The translations under genes and the position numbers were made by a program. From Bacillota bacterium (lineage in GTDB: Bacteria > Bacillota > Clostridia > Ch29), in NCBI GenBank assembly GCA_013540605.1, contig JABVCK010000029.1:257022-321021 (forward strand): a stretch of 64,000 nt of DNA, read 5' to 3'. Of the stretch, positions 16,538 through 26,990 are shown piece by piece (within the stretch, counting starts at the first letter, position 1; the number at the start of each line of letters is the position of its first letter). The notes beneath the pieces were generated by a model, which worked only from the letters and a program-made list of their open reading frames with translations, ran no database searches and was not told the DNA's origin.

Positions 16538-18955
16538 ATGCTGGAAAAGAAGTATGAATTCAAGGAAATAGAGCCTAAGCTGCAAAAATTCTGGGAAGGG
16601 GAAGGGATATACCATTATGAGCCGGATAGTTCAAAGGGCGTATATTCTATAGATACACCGCCGCCTACGGTAAGCGGGAACCTGCATATAGGCCACATTT
16701 TCTCCTATACCCAGGCTGAAATGATTGCAAGGTTTCACAGAATGCAGGGACAAAACGTGTTTTATCCCTTTGGATTTGACGATAACGGTCTGCCCACAGA
16801 GAGGCTTGTAGAAAAGGAAGAGGGCATAATAGCTCAAGACATGCCAAGGAGTGAGTTTATTAAGAAATGTATGAGTACCACACAAAAATACGAAGCGGAA
16901 TTTAAAGAATTATGGCAATCCCTTGGTTTTAGTATTGATTGGAGTCTTCAATATGAGACTATCAGTCCCCTGGCTCAGAGAATATCTCAAAGGTCATTTT
17001 TGGACCTCGCCAGGAAAGGGAAAGCATATCTGAAGGAAACGCCCGTGTTATGGTGTACCAGCTGCCAGACCTCGATTGCCCAGGCAGAATTGGACTCTTT
17101 AGAGAAAGAAGCTGCTTTTAACTGGATACCGTTTCAGGTTGAAGATGAAGAACTCATAGTTGCAACCACAAGGCCCGAGCTGCTTTGCGGATGCGTTGCT
17201 CTACTCATCCATCCTGAAGATGAACGCTATGTTAAGTATATTGGAAAGGAAGCAATAGTACCGCTGTATGATTTCCCGATACCGATTTTGGGAGATAAAA
17301 AGGTCAGTAAGGAAAAGGGTACCGGTATAGTAATGTGCGCAACCTTTGGCGATACTACGGATTTGGAATGGTATAATGTTTACAGGCTTCCGTACAAGAA
17401 AATCATAAATCCCGATGGAACTATAAGTGATGATGTACCTTTTATTCACGGCCTGAATGTTGGAGAGGCAAGGGAGAAAATAATCAACAAGCTAAGGGAA
17501 GAAGGCCTTTTGAAAAGGAGTGAAAAGATACTCCATACCGTTGCTGTCCATGAAAGATGCGGCAAAGATATTGAAATAATCACTTCAAAGCAGTGGTTTA
17601 TTGATATCCTGAACGATAAGGACAAATTCCTTGATGCTGCTGATAAAATCAACTGGTATCCATCTTCTATGAAGACAAGATATGAAATATGGGTACAGAA
17701 TCTCAAGTGGGACTGGTGCATATCACGGCAAAGATATTTTGGAGTTCCGTTCCCTCTGTGGTACTGCAAGGATTGTGGCTCCATTATATTTGCCAGGGAG
17801 GAGGACCTGCCCGTAAACCCGTTGGAATCTTCGCCAAAAGAGCCGTGCTCCTGCGGGAGCAATAGTTTTATCCCTGAAGATGCGGTCATGGATACATGGG
17901 CAACATCATCATTAACGCCTATGATCAACTCAAAATGGGGAGAAAAGGGAGACGCGAGCCAGAAGCTTTTACCTATGAACATGCGTACACAAGCGCATGA
18001 GATCATTCGTACCTGGGCATTTTACACAATTGTAAAGAGTATATATCATACAGGGCAAATCCCCTGGAAGGATATTATGATTTGCGGCTTTGTAATGGCA
18101 AAGCAGGGAGAAAAAATAAGCAAGTCCAAAAATAATGCCTCATTATCTCCCAAAGCTTTAATCGACAAGTATTCCGCCGACGGTATCAGGTATTGGGCAG
18201 CTAATTCAAAACTTGGAACTGATACAATGTTTTCAGAGGACGAACTACAGACATCAAACAGGTTTTTGACAAAGCTATGGAACGCCGCCAGGTTCAGCGT
18301 GATGCATCTGGGAGATTATCAGAAGCAAAAGGATGTAAAGCTGATGCCGATTGACAGGTGGATTGTGGAAAAATATAAAGATGCGGAAGCAAAAGCAGCG
18401 GCATACCTGGAACAGTATGAGGTCGGTGCTGCACGGTATGAGATTGATGAATTCTTCTGGAAGGATTACTGCGACAACTATCTTGAGATCGTCAAAGAAC
18501 GGCTTTATAAACCTGAAATCCATGGGTATGAGAACAGGCTGTCCGCCCAGTTTGCTCTTTACACCAGTTTCCTTGGCATACTTAAGACGTACGCCATATA
18601 TGTTCCTCATATAGTTGAAGAAATCTATCAGGCATATTTCAGGGAATATGAGGAAACCGCATCCATCCACAAAACCATCTGGAGCAGGGCTGACGAAGCT
18701 GATGAAGATATCCTCCGGTTTGGGGAAACGGTCAAACAGATTTTATTGGAAATAAGAAGATACAAATCAGAGAGAAATCTATCTCTAAAGACCGAGGTGG
18801 ATACTATTCGGATATTCTGCCCGCAGAGCTTTATACCTTTGCTGGAGGAAACAAGGAAGGACCTGCATGCCTGTACCGGGGCCAAAACAATCGAGTTCAG
18901 GGAAGGAGAAGGGCTGGCGGTTATTATTGGCAAGGGAGGATTTTGCTGTTATTGA
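16538..18955 (+). CDS. valS: Valyl-tRNA synthetase, a class I enzyme of 805 aa
   Basis: HIGH region PPPTVSGNLHIGH and KMSKS variant KISKSK. The DTWATSS motif is present. It is shorter than the canonical bacterial ValRS because the C-terminal coiled-coil appears to be missing. Confidence 0.8.
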   Translation: MLEKKYEFKEIEPKLQKFWEGEGIYHYEPDSSKGVYSIDTPPPTVSGNLHIGHIFSYTQAEMIARFHRMQGQNVFYPFGFDDNGLPTERLVEKEEGIIAQDMPRSEFIKKCMSTTQKYEAEFKELWQSLGFSIDWSLQYETISPLAQRISQRSFLDLARKGKAYLKETPVLWCTSCQTSIAQAELDSLEKEAAFNWIPFQVEDEELIVATTRPELLCGCVALLIHPEDERYVKYIGKEAIVPLYDFPIPILGDKKVSKEKGTGIVMCATFGDTTDLEWYNVYRLPYKKIINPDGTISDDVPFIHGLNVGEAREKIINKLREEGLLKRSEKILHTVAVHERCGKDIEIITSKQWFIDILNDKDKFLDAADKINWYPSSMKTRYEIWVQNLKWDWCISRQRYFGVPFPLWYCKDCGSIIFAREEDLPVNPLESSPKEPCSCGSNSFIPEDAVMDTWATSSLTPMINSKWGEKGDASQKLLPMNMRTQAHEIIRTWAFYTIVKSIYHTGQIPWKDIMICGFVMAKQGEKISKSKNNASLSPKALIDKYSADGIRYWAANSKLGTDTMFSEDELQTSNRFLTKLWNAARFSVMHLGDYQKQKDVKLMPIDRWIVEKYKDAEAKAAAYLEQYEVGAARYEIDEFFWKDYCDNYLEIVKERLYKPEIHGYENRLSAQFALYTSFLGILKTYAIYVPHIVEEIYQAYFREYEETASIHKTIWSRADEADEDILRFGETVKQILLEIRRYKSERNLSLKTEVDTIRIFCPQSFIPLLEETRKDLHACTGAKTIEFREGEGLAVIIGKGGFCCY

Positions 18956-19025
18956 ATAATTCTGTAGTATTTCGCAGCCTGTGATAATACAATATAATGA
19001 AAAATTATATTGGAGTGTGTTATTG

Positions 19026-19301
19026 ATGAGCGGTAGAATTTCAGATTTGTTGGAAACTATATATGCTGAACTGCAAGAGATAAAAGAAATTATAAAAGAA
19101 AATAGTGATGATATAAGTAAATTACGAGCCAAAATTGATAACGGTATTCCCAAAAATGTTGATACGTTATTTGAAACCAGGGAAATAACAAATAACAGAC
19201 TGGAACAGATAGAGAATAAAATTGATAAACTTTCAATGAAGGTAGAAAGACACGCGGTAAAAATACAGGTTAGCGGAAAAGGGAAAAAGAAAACTTTCTA
19301 G
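19026..19301 (+). CDS. Hypothetical coiled-coil protein
   Basis: RBS GGAG is present. The protein is heptad-rich and charged. No recognisable family. Confidence 0.4.
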   Translation: MSGRISDLLETIYAELQEIKEIIKENSDDISKLRAKIDNGIPKNVDTLFETREITNNRLEQIENKIDKLSMKVERHAVKIQVSGKGKKKTF

Positions 19302-19361
19302 CAAATTTCTATTTGGTACATAGGACTAATTTGGGGTATGTTTGAACTTTTCGTAAAAACC

Positions 19362-19392
19362 AAAAAGACCTCGGCTTGAGGTCTTTTTGTCA
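19362..19392 (+). terminator. Rho-independent terminator
   Basis: AGACCTC-ggctt-GAGGTCT followed by TTTTTG. Confidence 0.7.
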
Positions 19393-19533
19393 TTTTAAGA
19401 ATATTTGCGATAATATGCAGGTTTTTTCCATTTTTAGTCATATTATTATATAAAATAGGATTTATAGCCTATTGCTGATTGATCCAATTTGTCGGAAGAA
19501 AGGGAATGGGAGAAAAAAGGAGGTTAAGCAAAA

Positions 19534-20262
19534 ATGAATAAGAAAACGCTGAAGATGATGCTTATAAGCTTGTTATCTGTTGCTTTGCTTGCGGGGTGCT
19601 CGGCTAAAAAGCCGCAGGAAGTTGAACCGACAGAACCGCCGGTACCGTCAGTATCATATGAAGAGCCTGCAGCCAGCAGTGATTTGGACAATACCAAAGA
19701 AGTAGAAAGCCAAATGGAACAGCAGGAAGCAGAAAGAGAAGAAAATCTGCGGTCAGAGGAGCAGGACGAGCAATTGTTCCAATCCTATATTGATCATATT
19801 GTAAGGAGTGCATCAAGGCTTGGACCGGTTCATCTTGGAGATACACTTGAAGATGTCATAAAAAACTTAGGGGATAATTTTACCGAAGAAACGATCAAGG
19901 ATGATGCAGGCTTTTTCCCGGAGCCTCTGGCGCTGTTGGATTATGAAGGACAAATAGAATTATGGATTGGGAAAAAGACGAATAGAGTGGTCGGGATAAA
20001 GGTTTCAACTGAAGAATTCCAAACGGATTTAGGCTTTAAAACAGGGGATAATGCCAATACAGTAATAGACAGATATAAAGACCTATATGGAGAATTTGAA
20101 AGTCCTCACGGTGGGATAAATCTTGGCTGGTTTGAGGTGGAAAAGGATGTAGTGATAATATTTGATTTTATTAGAGATGATAATTCCAGATTTAATCCTG
20201 AAATAACTCCGGACTCAAAGGTGGAGTATATTGAGCTGATATATGCCTGGATACTCGACTGA
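19534..20262 (+). CDS. Hypothetical lipoprotein
   Basis: Signal peptide with a lipobox LLAGC. There is an acidic low-complexity linker followed by a globular domain. Confidence 0.55.
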   Translation: MNKKTLKMMLISLLSVALLAGCSAKKPQEVEPTEPPVPSVSYEEPAASSDLDNTKEVESQMEQQEAEREENLRSEEQDEQLFQSYIDHIVRSASRLGPVHLGDTLEDVIKNLGDNFTEETIKDDAGFFPEPLALLDYEGQIELWIGKKTNRVVGIKVSTEEFQTDLGFKTGDNANTVIDRYKDLYGEFESPHGGINLGWFEVEKDVVIIFDFIRDDNSRFNPEITPDSKVEYIELIYAWILD

Positions 20263-20289
20263 TTTCCGGAGACAGGGAGCGATGAAATT

Positions 20290-20931
20290 ATGCATGTGCA
20301 TAAAGTGTTCTGGGAGCAGCCATATCTATCGGAAATAACGGCAAGGATAACAAGTATCAATGAGAGCGTTGTTACCCTTGATAGGACCATAGCCTATGCT
20401 TTCTCAGGCGGACAGGAATCAGACGCCGGAACTATTGATTCGTATAAAATCCTGAAGGCGGAAAAGGTTGGGAAAAATATTTATTATACGATTCACGGCA
20501 GCCATAACCTAAAAACCGGAGACTCGGTGCTGGTCAAGATTGACTGGGAGAGGCGATATAGGATAATGAGGTTGCATTTTGCCGCTGAGATCATTCTTGA
20601 GTTGATCAACCAGAACTATAATCATCCTGAAAAGCTGGGCGCGCATATATCGGAGGAAAAAGCCCGGCTGGATTTCAGGTGGGAAGGCAGTATAGCAGAC
20701 ACTTTTGACCTTCTGTCAAAGGAAATGGAAAGCATTGTTGAAAGGGACCTGGAGATCAAAAGCAAGTTCATTGATGAGGAGAATGAGATCAGATGCTGGG
20801 AGATTGAAGGCTTTGCGGAGGTGTTGTGCGGAGGAACTCATATAAAGTCGACGGGCGAAATCGGGAGAGTTGCACTGAGGAGAAACAACATCGGCAGGGG
20901 AAAAGAAAGAATAGAAATATATTTAACTTGA
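20290..20931 (+). CDS. alaX: AlaX-like Ala-tRNA editing protein, with the AlaRS second additional domain
   Basis: HxxxH (HFAAEII) and CxxxH (CGGTHIKSTGEIG) zinc-binding editing motifs. Confidence 0.7.
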   Translation: MHVHKVFWEQPYLSEITARITSINESVVTLDRTIAYAFSGGQESDAGTIDSYKILKAEKVGKNIYYTIHGSHNLKTGDSVLVKIDWERRYRIMRLHFAAEIILELINQNYNHPEKLGAHISEEKARLDFRWEGSIADTFDLLSKEMESIVERDLEIKSKFIDEENEIRCWEIEGFAEVLCGGTHIKSTGEIGRVALRRNNIGRGKERIEIYLT

Positions 20932-20999
20932 AACTGGCTTTTAATTTGACTAAAATAGATTCTAGTGAGGATAACAAATTACACTATGGAAGGAAAAAA

Positions 21000-22085
21000 A
21001 TGAAGGGGGATACAAAATTGTTTAAAAAAGGCATAGGCATTCTTGTGGTTGTTCTGGTAATTGCGCTGGCCCTGGCGGGCTGCAGCAAAGAGACCACCGG
21101 CTTCAAAGTGGGAATGGTTACTGACGCAGGTACAATTGATGACAAATCATTTAATCAGGGAACTTGGGAAGGCGTGCTGCGCGCTGCTGAAGAACTGAAG
21201 CTTGAAACTAAGTATCTTAAACCCAGTGGAACAACAGAGGCCGACTACATTAAGGAGATAAGCAACCTGTATGATGCAGGCTTCAAATTCATAGTTACTC
21301 CAGGTTTTAAGTTCGAAACCGCAATATTCCAGGCACAGGATAAGTATCCGGATGCGAAATTTGTTCTAATTGACGGTTACCCGCATTCAGGAGACTACGC
21401 ACCTGTTGTGAAGGAAAACACGGTTTCCATATTCTTTGCCGAGCATGAATCAGGCTTCCTTGCCGCTGTTGCGACAGCGCTGCAGCTTAAAGAAGGCGAA
21501 GTGGGATTCATAGGCGGTATGGAAATTCCGGCTGTCCAGAAGTTTAACTGGGGCTTCCAGCAAGGTATTAAGTATGCTAACGAGAACCTGGGCACAAATA
21601 TCACTATTAAAGCAGAAAACGTAATATACCAGGGCTCCTTTGACAACGTCGCGGCCGGACAGCAGCTCGCTGCCCAGATGTTCGACAAAGGTGTGAAAGC
21701 AATTTTCTGTGCAGCCGGCGGTGTTGGCGTCGGAGCTATTAACGAAGCAAAATCGAGGGCAAAAACGGGCGAAGAAGTATGGATTGTCGGTGTTGACGTG
21801 GACCAGTACGCAGAGGGTATATACGAAGGCGATAAGTCAATCATTATTACATCTGCCATGAAGTATATAGACCAGGTTTCCTATGATATGATTAAGGCCG
21901 AATACGAAGGAAAATTCCCTGGAGGCGAGACGCTTGTTTTTGATGCAAAGAACAATGGCGTAGGCATTCCTGCCAAGAACCCGAACCTGAGTGATGAGGT
22001 ACAGGCAAAGGTAGCTGACGTATTTAAGAAGCTGCAAACTGGAGAAATTAAGGTATCGGATCAGCAGGGCAGCTTGATTAAATAG
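21000..22085 (+). CDS. BMP-family (PnrA/Med-like) nucleoside-binding lipoprotein, the ABC transporter substrate-binding protein
   Basis: Lipobox LALAGCS. The BMP-family fold signature is present (GMVTDAGTIDDKSFNQGTWEG ... GVDVDQ). Confidence 0.85.
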   Translation: MKGDTKLFKKGIGILVVVLVIALALAGCSKETTGFKVGMVTDAGTIDDKSFNQGTWEGVLRAAEELKLETKYLKPSGTTEADYIKEISNLYDAGFKFIVTPGFKFETAIFQAQDKYPDAKFVLIDGYPHSGDYAPVVKENTVSIFFAEHESGFLAAVATALQLKEGEVGFIGGMEIPAVQKFNWGFQQGIKYANENLGTNITIKAENVIYQGSFDNVAAGQQLAAQMFDKGVKAIFCAAGGVGVGAINEAKSRAKTGEEVWIVGVDVDQYAEGIYEGDKSIIITSAMKYIDQVSYDMIKAEYEGKFPGGETLVFDAKNNGVGIPAKNPNLSDEVQAKVADVFKKLQTGEIKVSDQQGSLIK

Positions 22086-22108
22086 CTGCAAATAAAAAGC
22101 TTTACGGG

Positions 22109-22142
22109 AAGAGGACAGGTGCTTGTCCTCTTCTTATTAATG
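22109..22142 (+). terminator. Intra-operon hairpin or partial terminator between the SBP and transporter genes
   Basis: GAAGAGGACAGG-tg-CTTGTCCTCTTC followed by TTATT. Confidence 0.5.
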
Positions 22143-22163
22143 TAAGGGGACAAAGGAGAAGAT

Positions 22164-23690
22164 ATGATGGATTATATTGTGGAGATGTTGAACATCCGTA
22201 AAGAGTTTCCCGGCATTGTCGCTAACGATGACATTACACTTCAGTTAAAGCATGGAGAAATCCATGCCCTGCTTGGAGAGAATGGTGCCGGAAAATCTAC
22301 TCTGATGAGCATTCTATTTGGCCTTTACCAACCGGACCGGGGTACCATAAAGGTCCGCGGGAAGCAGGTGAACATTGCCAACCCCAACGTTGCCAATGAT
22401 CTGGGGATTGGAATGGTACACCAGCATTTCAAACTTGTGCACAACTTTACTGTTACCGAGAATATCATACTTGGAATGGAAACGAAGAAAGGTATTGTAG
22501 TGGATATTAAATCAGCAGCTTCCCGCGTGGAGGAGCTATCGAAAAAATACGGCCTTAACGTGGACCCCTATGCGAAAATCGAAGATGTCTCGGTTGGAAT
22601 GCAGCAGCGCGTGGAAATAATGAAGATGCTTTACCGGAATGCGGAGGTGCTGATTTTCGACGAGCCTACTTCAGTGCTGACACCGCAGGAGATTCAGGAT
22701 TTGATGAAAATCATGCGAAACCTGATAGCAGAGGGGAAATCCATCATACTGATTACCCATAAACTTAATGAGATAAAGGCTATAGCGGACCGGTGCACCG
22801 TAATACGCAGGGGTAAGCTCATCGGGACCGTTGACGTAGCATCCACGACAAAGGGCAAACTGGCGGAGATGATGGTAGGACGGGAAGTGAGTTTTAAAGT
22901 AGAAAAGAAGGAATGTGAACCTGGAGAAGTGGTTCTTAGGGTTGAAAATCTCTCAGTATTGAATAACCGTAAGGTCATGGGACTGAAGGATTTTTCCATT
23001 GAAGTCCGTTCCGGTGAGATAGTAGGTGTTGCCGGAGTTGAGGGGAACGGACAGACCGAATTGGTTGAAGCTATTACAGGGTTACGGAAGGCCGCATCAG
23101 GAAGGGTACTGCTAAACGGGAAGGATATTACCGACCTGTCCATCCGTGAGCGGATCAAGTCCAAAATGGCACATATACCGGAGGATAGACATAAATACGG
23201 CCTTATTCTTGATTATTCCGTTGAGGACAACATGATCATGAAGGTATATTACCAGGAGCCGTATTCTAAAAGCGGTCTATTAAACCGGGAGGCCATTCAC
23301 CGGCATGCGGAGAAGGTGATGGATGAATTTGATGTAAGGGCCGGGAAAGGCGCAGCTTCTGATGCAAGGTCACTCTCAGGGGGAAACCAGCAAAAAGCGA
23401 TAGTTGGCAGAGAAATCGACCACGACCCTGACCTGTTAATTGCGGTTCAACCTACACGGGGTTTGGACGTGGGTGCCATAGAGTATATCCATAAACGGAT
23501 AGTAGAGCAGCGGGATAGGGGAAAAGCGGTGCTGCTGGTGTCTCTGGAGCTTGATGAAGTGCTTAATCTGGCTGACCGTATTGCTATAATAAACAACGGT
23601 GAACTCATAGGCATCGTAGACGCGAAGGATACCAACGAGAACGAAGTAGGCCTCATGATGGCTGGGGTAAAGAGGGGTGATATTGCATGA
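22164..23690 (+). CDS. ABC transporter ATP-binding protein (duplicated ATPase, nucleoside/sugar type)
   Basis: There are two NBDs. The Walker A motifs are GENGAGKST and GVEGNGQTEL. The signature is LSGGNQQK. Confidence 0.9.
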   Translation: MMDYIVEMLNIRKEFPGIVANDDITLQLKHGEIHALLGENGAGKSTLMSILFGLYQPDRGTIKVRGKQVNIANPNVANDLGIGMVHQHFKLVHNFTVTENIILGMETKKGIVVDIKSAASRVEELSKKYGLNVDPYAKIEDVSVGMQQRVEIMKMLYRNAEVLIFDEPTSVLTPQEIQDLMKIMRNLIAEGKSIILITHKLNEIKAIADRCTVIRRGKLIGTVDVASTTKGKLAEMMVGREVSFKVEKKECEPGEVVLRVENLSVLNNRKVMGLKDFSIEVRSGEIVGVAGVEGNGQTELVEAITGLRKAASGRVLLNGKDITDLSIRERIKSKMAHIPEDRHKYGLILDYSVEDNMIMKVYYQEPYSKSGLLNREAIHRHAEKVMDEFDVRAGKGAASDARSLSGGNQQKAIVGREIDHDPDLLIAVQPTRGLDVGAIEYIHKRIVEQRDRGKAVLLVSLELDEVLNLADRIAIINNGELIGIVDAKDTNENEVGLMMAGVKRGDIA

Positions 23691-24745
23691 GGATACGGAT
23701 TAAGAGGGAAAATTTAATGCCCCTGGTGGCCGGCGTGCTGGGGCTGCTTGCCGGAGCGGTACTTATGGCAGCCACCGGCAACAATCCGTTTCAAGGATAT
23801 GCCTACCTGTTCAGGGGTGGATTGATGAACATCGAGCGTATCGGGAACAGCCTTGCCACCGCTACTCCGCTTATATTCACCGGGCTTTCTGTCGCGTTTG
23901 CGTTTAAAACCGGCCTTTTCAATATAGGTGCAGCCGGTCAGATGCTTATAGGGGGGATGTGCGCTACAGCTGTGGGACTTACTTTTATGTGGCCCAAACC
24001 GCTTCTTTTAACGGTTATGATAATAGCGGCCATAATTGGCGGAGCCGCCTGGGGCATTGTGCCAGGGCTTCTTAAAGCGAAATTTAATGTTCATGAAGTT
24101 GTTGCGACCATCATGATGAACTGGATTGCCTACTGGACCGTATATTACGTAGTACCGGCCTACTTTAAAGGTACGTACCTGGAGACAGAATCCCGAAGGA
24201 TACCATATGCTGCATCCTTGAAGGTGAGCTGGCTAACCGATATGTTCAACGGTTCCTATATAAACCTCGGTTTCTTTCTTGCTATTATTGCGGTAGTTGT
24301 TATAGCTTTCATACTGGAAAGGACAACCCTGGGTTATGAACTGAAGGCCGTTGGCTATAACAGGCATGCGGCCGAATACGCAGGGATACGTGCAAACAGG
24401 AATATAGTGCTGTCCATGATGATCGCCGGTGCCCTTGCCGGCCTTGGCGGGGCAGCTTTCTATGTTGGATACGCTTCCAACATTCAAATTGGTGTACTTC
24501 CTTCCCAGGGCTATGATGGTATAGCAGTTTCCCTGCTTGGCACCAACTCACCGTGGGGTGTTTTCGGCGCAGCAATCTTTTTCGGCCTGCTGCATTCGGG
24601 GAAGGGTTTTATGAACGCCATGACGAAAATCCCTCCGGAAATTGCCGATACGATTATTGCCACTATTATTTATTTTTCAGCTACCAGCATACTGATTGAG
24701 AGAAACTGGGACAAACTGAGGAAAAGAATGGGGGGTGCAAAGTAA
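23687..24745 (+). CDS. ABC transporter permease
   Basis: Polytopic membrane protein of the BPD/sugar-nucleoside permease family. The start overlaps the ATPase stop. Confidence 0.85.
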   Translation: MRIRIKRENLMPLVAGVLGLLAGAVLMAATGNNPFQGYAYLFRGGLMNIERIGNSLATATPLIFTGLSVAFAFKTGLFNIGAAGQMLIGGMCATAVGLTFMWPKPLLLTVMIIAAIIGGAAWGIVPGLLKAKFNVHEVVATIMMNWIAYWTVYYVVPAYFKGTYLETESRRIPYAASLKVSWLTDMFNGSYINLGFFLAIIAVVVIAFILERTTLGYELKAVGYNRHAAEYAGIRANRNIVLSMMIAGALAGLGGAAFYVGYASNIQIGVLPSQGYDGIAVSLLGTNSPWGVFGAAIFFGLLHSGKGFMNAMTKIPPEIADTIIATIIYFSATSILIERNWDKLRKRMGGAK

Positions 24746-25694
24746 TATGTGGGGTATAGTTGTTCAGGTTTTTCCATATGCCATCGCCTTTACCATTCCA
24801 CTCCTGATTACAGCCCTTGGAGGGCTTTTCAGTGAACGAAGCGGTATTGTGAATATAGGACTTGAAGGTTTAATGGTTGTAGGTTTTTTTACGGGAGCGC
24901 TGGTTATTTATAGATTGGAAGCGTTTATGCCGGGTTCTGCAGTCTGGATAGGGCTGTTAGCGGCCTTTGTTGCCGGAGCCCTTTTTTCCCTGCTTCACGC
25001 CTTTGCCAGTATTAATCTTAACGCGAACCAGGTTATCAGCGGGACGGCGATAAATATGATTGCCGGGGCCTTAACGGTATATCTTGCCCGAAACATAACG
25101 GGCAGCGGCAACATCCATATCGTACACGGGTTGGTACGGAAAAGTGTTCCTGTATTATCCAGGATTCCGATTATCGGGAAGCTGTTCTTCACCCATACCT
25201 ACGCAACAACATGGCTGATACTTGCAATACTTTTAATATCATGGTTTGTGCTTTATAAAACTGCCTTCGGACTGCGTCTGCGGGCCTGCGGTGAGCACCC
25301 CCAGGCTGCCGATTCTGCAGGTATTAACGTTTATCTGATGCGTTATATTGCCGTTATGATATCCGGTGCCTTTGCCGGTCTCGGGGGCGCTATAATTCTT
25401 GTAACATATTCCGGAGAATTCAACGGTACCGTTGGAGGTCAGGGATTTCTGGCGCTTGCGGCGTTGATATTCGGGCAGTGGAAGCCTCTGGGGATACTGG
25501 GCGCTACTCTTTTTTTCGGATTTGCAAGCACCATTGCCAACGTATCTCAGGTAATACCGGCATTGACCAGGATTCCGGGCATACTGCTGAAGACCTTTCC
25601 CTATGTGATAACATTGATCGTGCTGGTGATATTCTCAAAAACTTCCCAGGCACCACGGGCTTCAGGGGAGCCCTATGACAAAGGAAAACGCTGA
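24735..25694 (+). CDS. ABC transporter permease, second copy
   Basis: Paralogous polytopic permease, overlapping the previous gene. Confidence 0.85.
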   Translation: MQSNMWGIVVQVFPYAIAFTIPLLITALGGLFSERSGIVNIGLEGLMVVGFFTGALVIYRLEAFMPGSAVWIGLLAAFVAGALFSLLHAFASINLNANQVISGTAINMIAGALTVYLARNITGSGNIHIVHGLVRKSVPVLSRIPIIGKLFFTHTYATTWLILAILLISWFVLYKTAFGLRLRACGEHPQAADSAGINVYLMRYIAVMISGAFAGLGGAIILVTYSGEFNGTVGGQGFLALAALIFGQWKPLGILGATLFFGFASTIANVSQVIPALTRIPGILLKTFPYVITLIVLVIFSKTSQAPRASGEPYDKGKR

Positions 25695-25793
25695 CAAAAG
25701 GTGCCCAAAGGCACCTTTTACTGCTGCTGAAGGAATAATACTAAAAGCATCGCATGATAAGTGTTTCATTAAAGCTTTTGGGAGAGATGTAAC

Positions 25794-26430
25794 ATGAGCA
25801 TAGCAAAATCAGGTATAATAATAGGTGCTGCTACATTGGTTGTCCTGTTCATATTCTTTTGGGCTCTATCACCGGGGTCGACACCGGCTATTAAAGATGA
25901 ACAGGGGAATGTGCCGGCAGATAGTATTGCATCTTTGGACAAGGTTGATATTGGGGGCATGGATCAGTGGATACTGGTCAGGGGAAAGGATGTTTCAAAT
26001 CCTGTTTTGCTGTGGCTTCATGGAGGTCCGGGGGCAGCCCAGATGCCGATAGCCCGTCATTTTAACGGTGCACTGGAAGAGCATTTCATAGTTGTTCACT
26101 GGGACCAGCGGGGTGCGGGAAAATCAAACCCGTTTGGCTTTGAGGAGCAGACCATGACCTTTGAGCAGTTTGTGGACGATGCCCATCAGATGACCCAGTA
26201 TCTAAAAAAAGGTTCAATAAAGATAAGATATACCTTGTAGGGCATTCCTGGGGCTCGCAGATGGGCATCATGCTGGCACATTTATATCCTGTGACGACTA
26301 CTACGCCTATGTGGCAGTCAGCCAGGTTGTGGACGATAATGCCGGTGCTGAGATTGCGTACAAGTGGTTGATGGAAGAAATTAAGAAGAAGGGGAATAAT
26401 AAAGATAGGTGAACCGGAAGAGTTTAACAA
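25794..26430 (+). pseudogene. Degraded alpha/beta-hydrolase gene (proline-iminopeptidase-like), disrupted by multiple frameshifts
   Basis: Frame 1 holds LWLHGGPGAAQMP...HWDQRGAGKS and ends at 26240. Frame 2 holds the nucleophile elbow LVGHSWGSQMG. Frame 3 holds ...DDYYAYVAVSQVVDD... up to about 26410. No single frame is open. Confidence 0.6.
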
Positions 26431-26523
26431 ACTGCTGGTTCGAGTGAAAAAGGAAACAATGGAAAAGTTTAAGTAACGGGGCCACGAAGGAGTTAAATAT
26501 TTGTGATAATAGGGGGATGACAG

Positions 26524-26958
26524 TTGATAATCAAAGCTTTTATATGTGAGGGATCGGACGGTGTAGATTTGCTAAGAGACATGGGCAGGAATGGTATTTC
26601 CGAGTATTTAAGAGGCGTAGGTACTGACTGCCGGGTTTTTGACGATTACATAATTGCCAAGGCTCCAATTTTTGATACAATGGGTTATATCAGGATTGAT
26701 TTTGGCGGCGTGGAAGAGAAAATCACGAAAATCGAGTACCAGGTATTATCCGATGAGAAGAACCAGAGGAAAATTTTTGAGGAGTTATACATAGATATGG
26801 AAGGAATGCTTGGTTCTCCTGCCGTAGAGGATAGCCATGATAACAATAACGGTGACATTCCGGTAGTTGTCTGGGAGAATAATAATATACGGGCAGAGCT
26901 GTCATCGATTGAAATATATGGGCTGTACTTGCTTATTGAAATCACAAGGACGGCATAG
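26524..26958 (+). CDS. Hypothetical protein
   Basis: TTG start after RBS AGGGGGA. No recognisable family. Confidence 0.35.
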   Translation: MIIKAFICEGSDGVDLLRDMGRNGISEYLRGVGTDCRVFDDYIIAKAPIFDTMGYIRIDFGGVEEKITKIEYQVLSDEKNQRKIFEELYIDMEGMLGSPAVEDSHDNNNGDIPVVVWENNNIRAELSSIEIYGLYLLIEITRTA

Positions 26959-26990
26959 AGCTGTAAAATAGACGATACAGGGAGGAAAGA

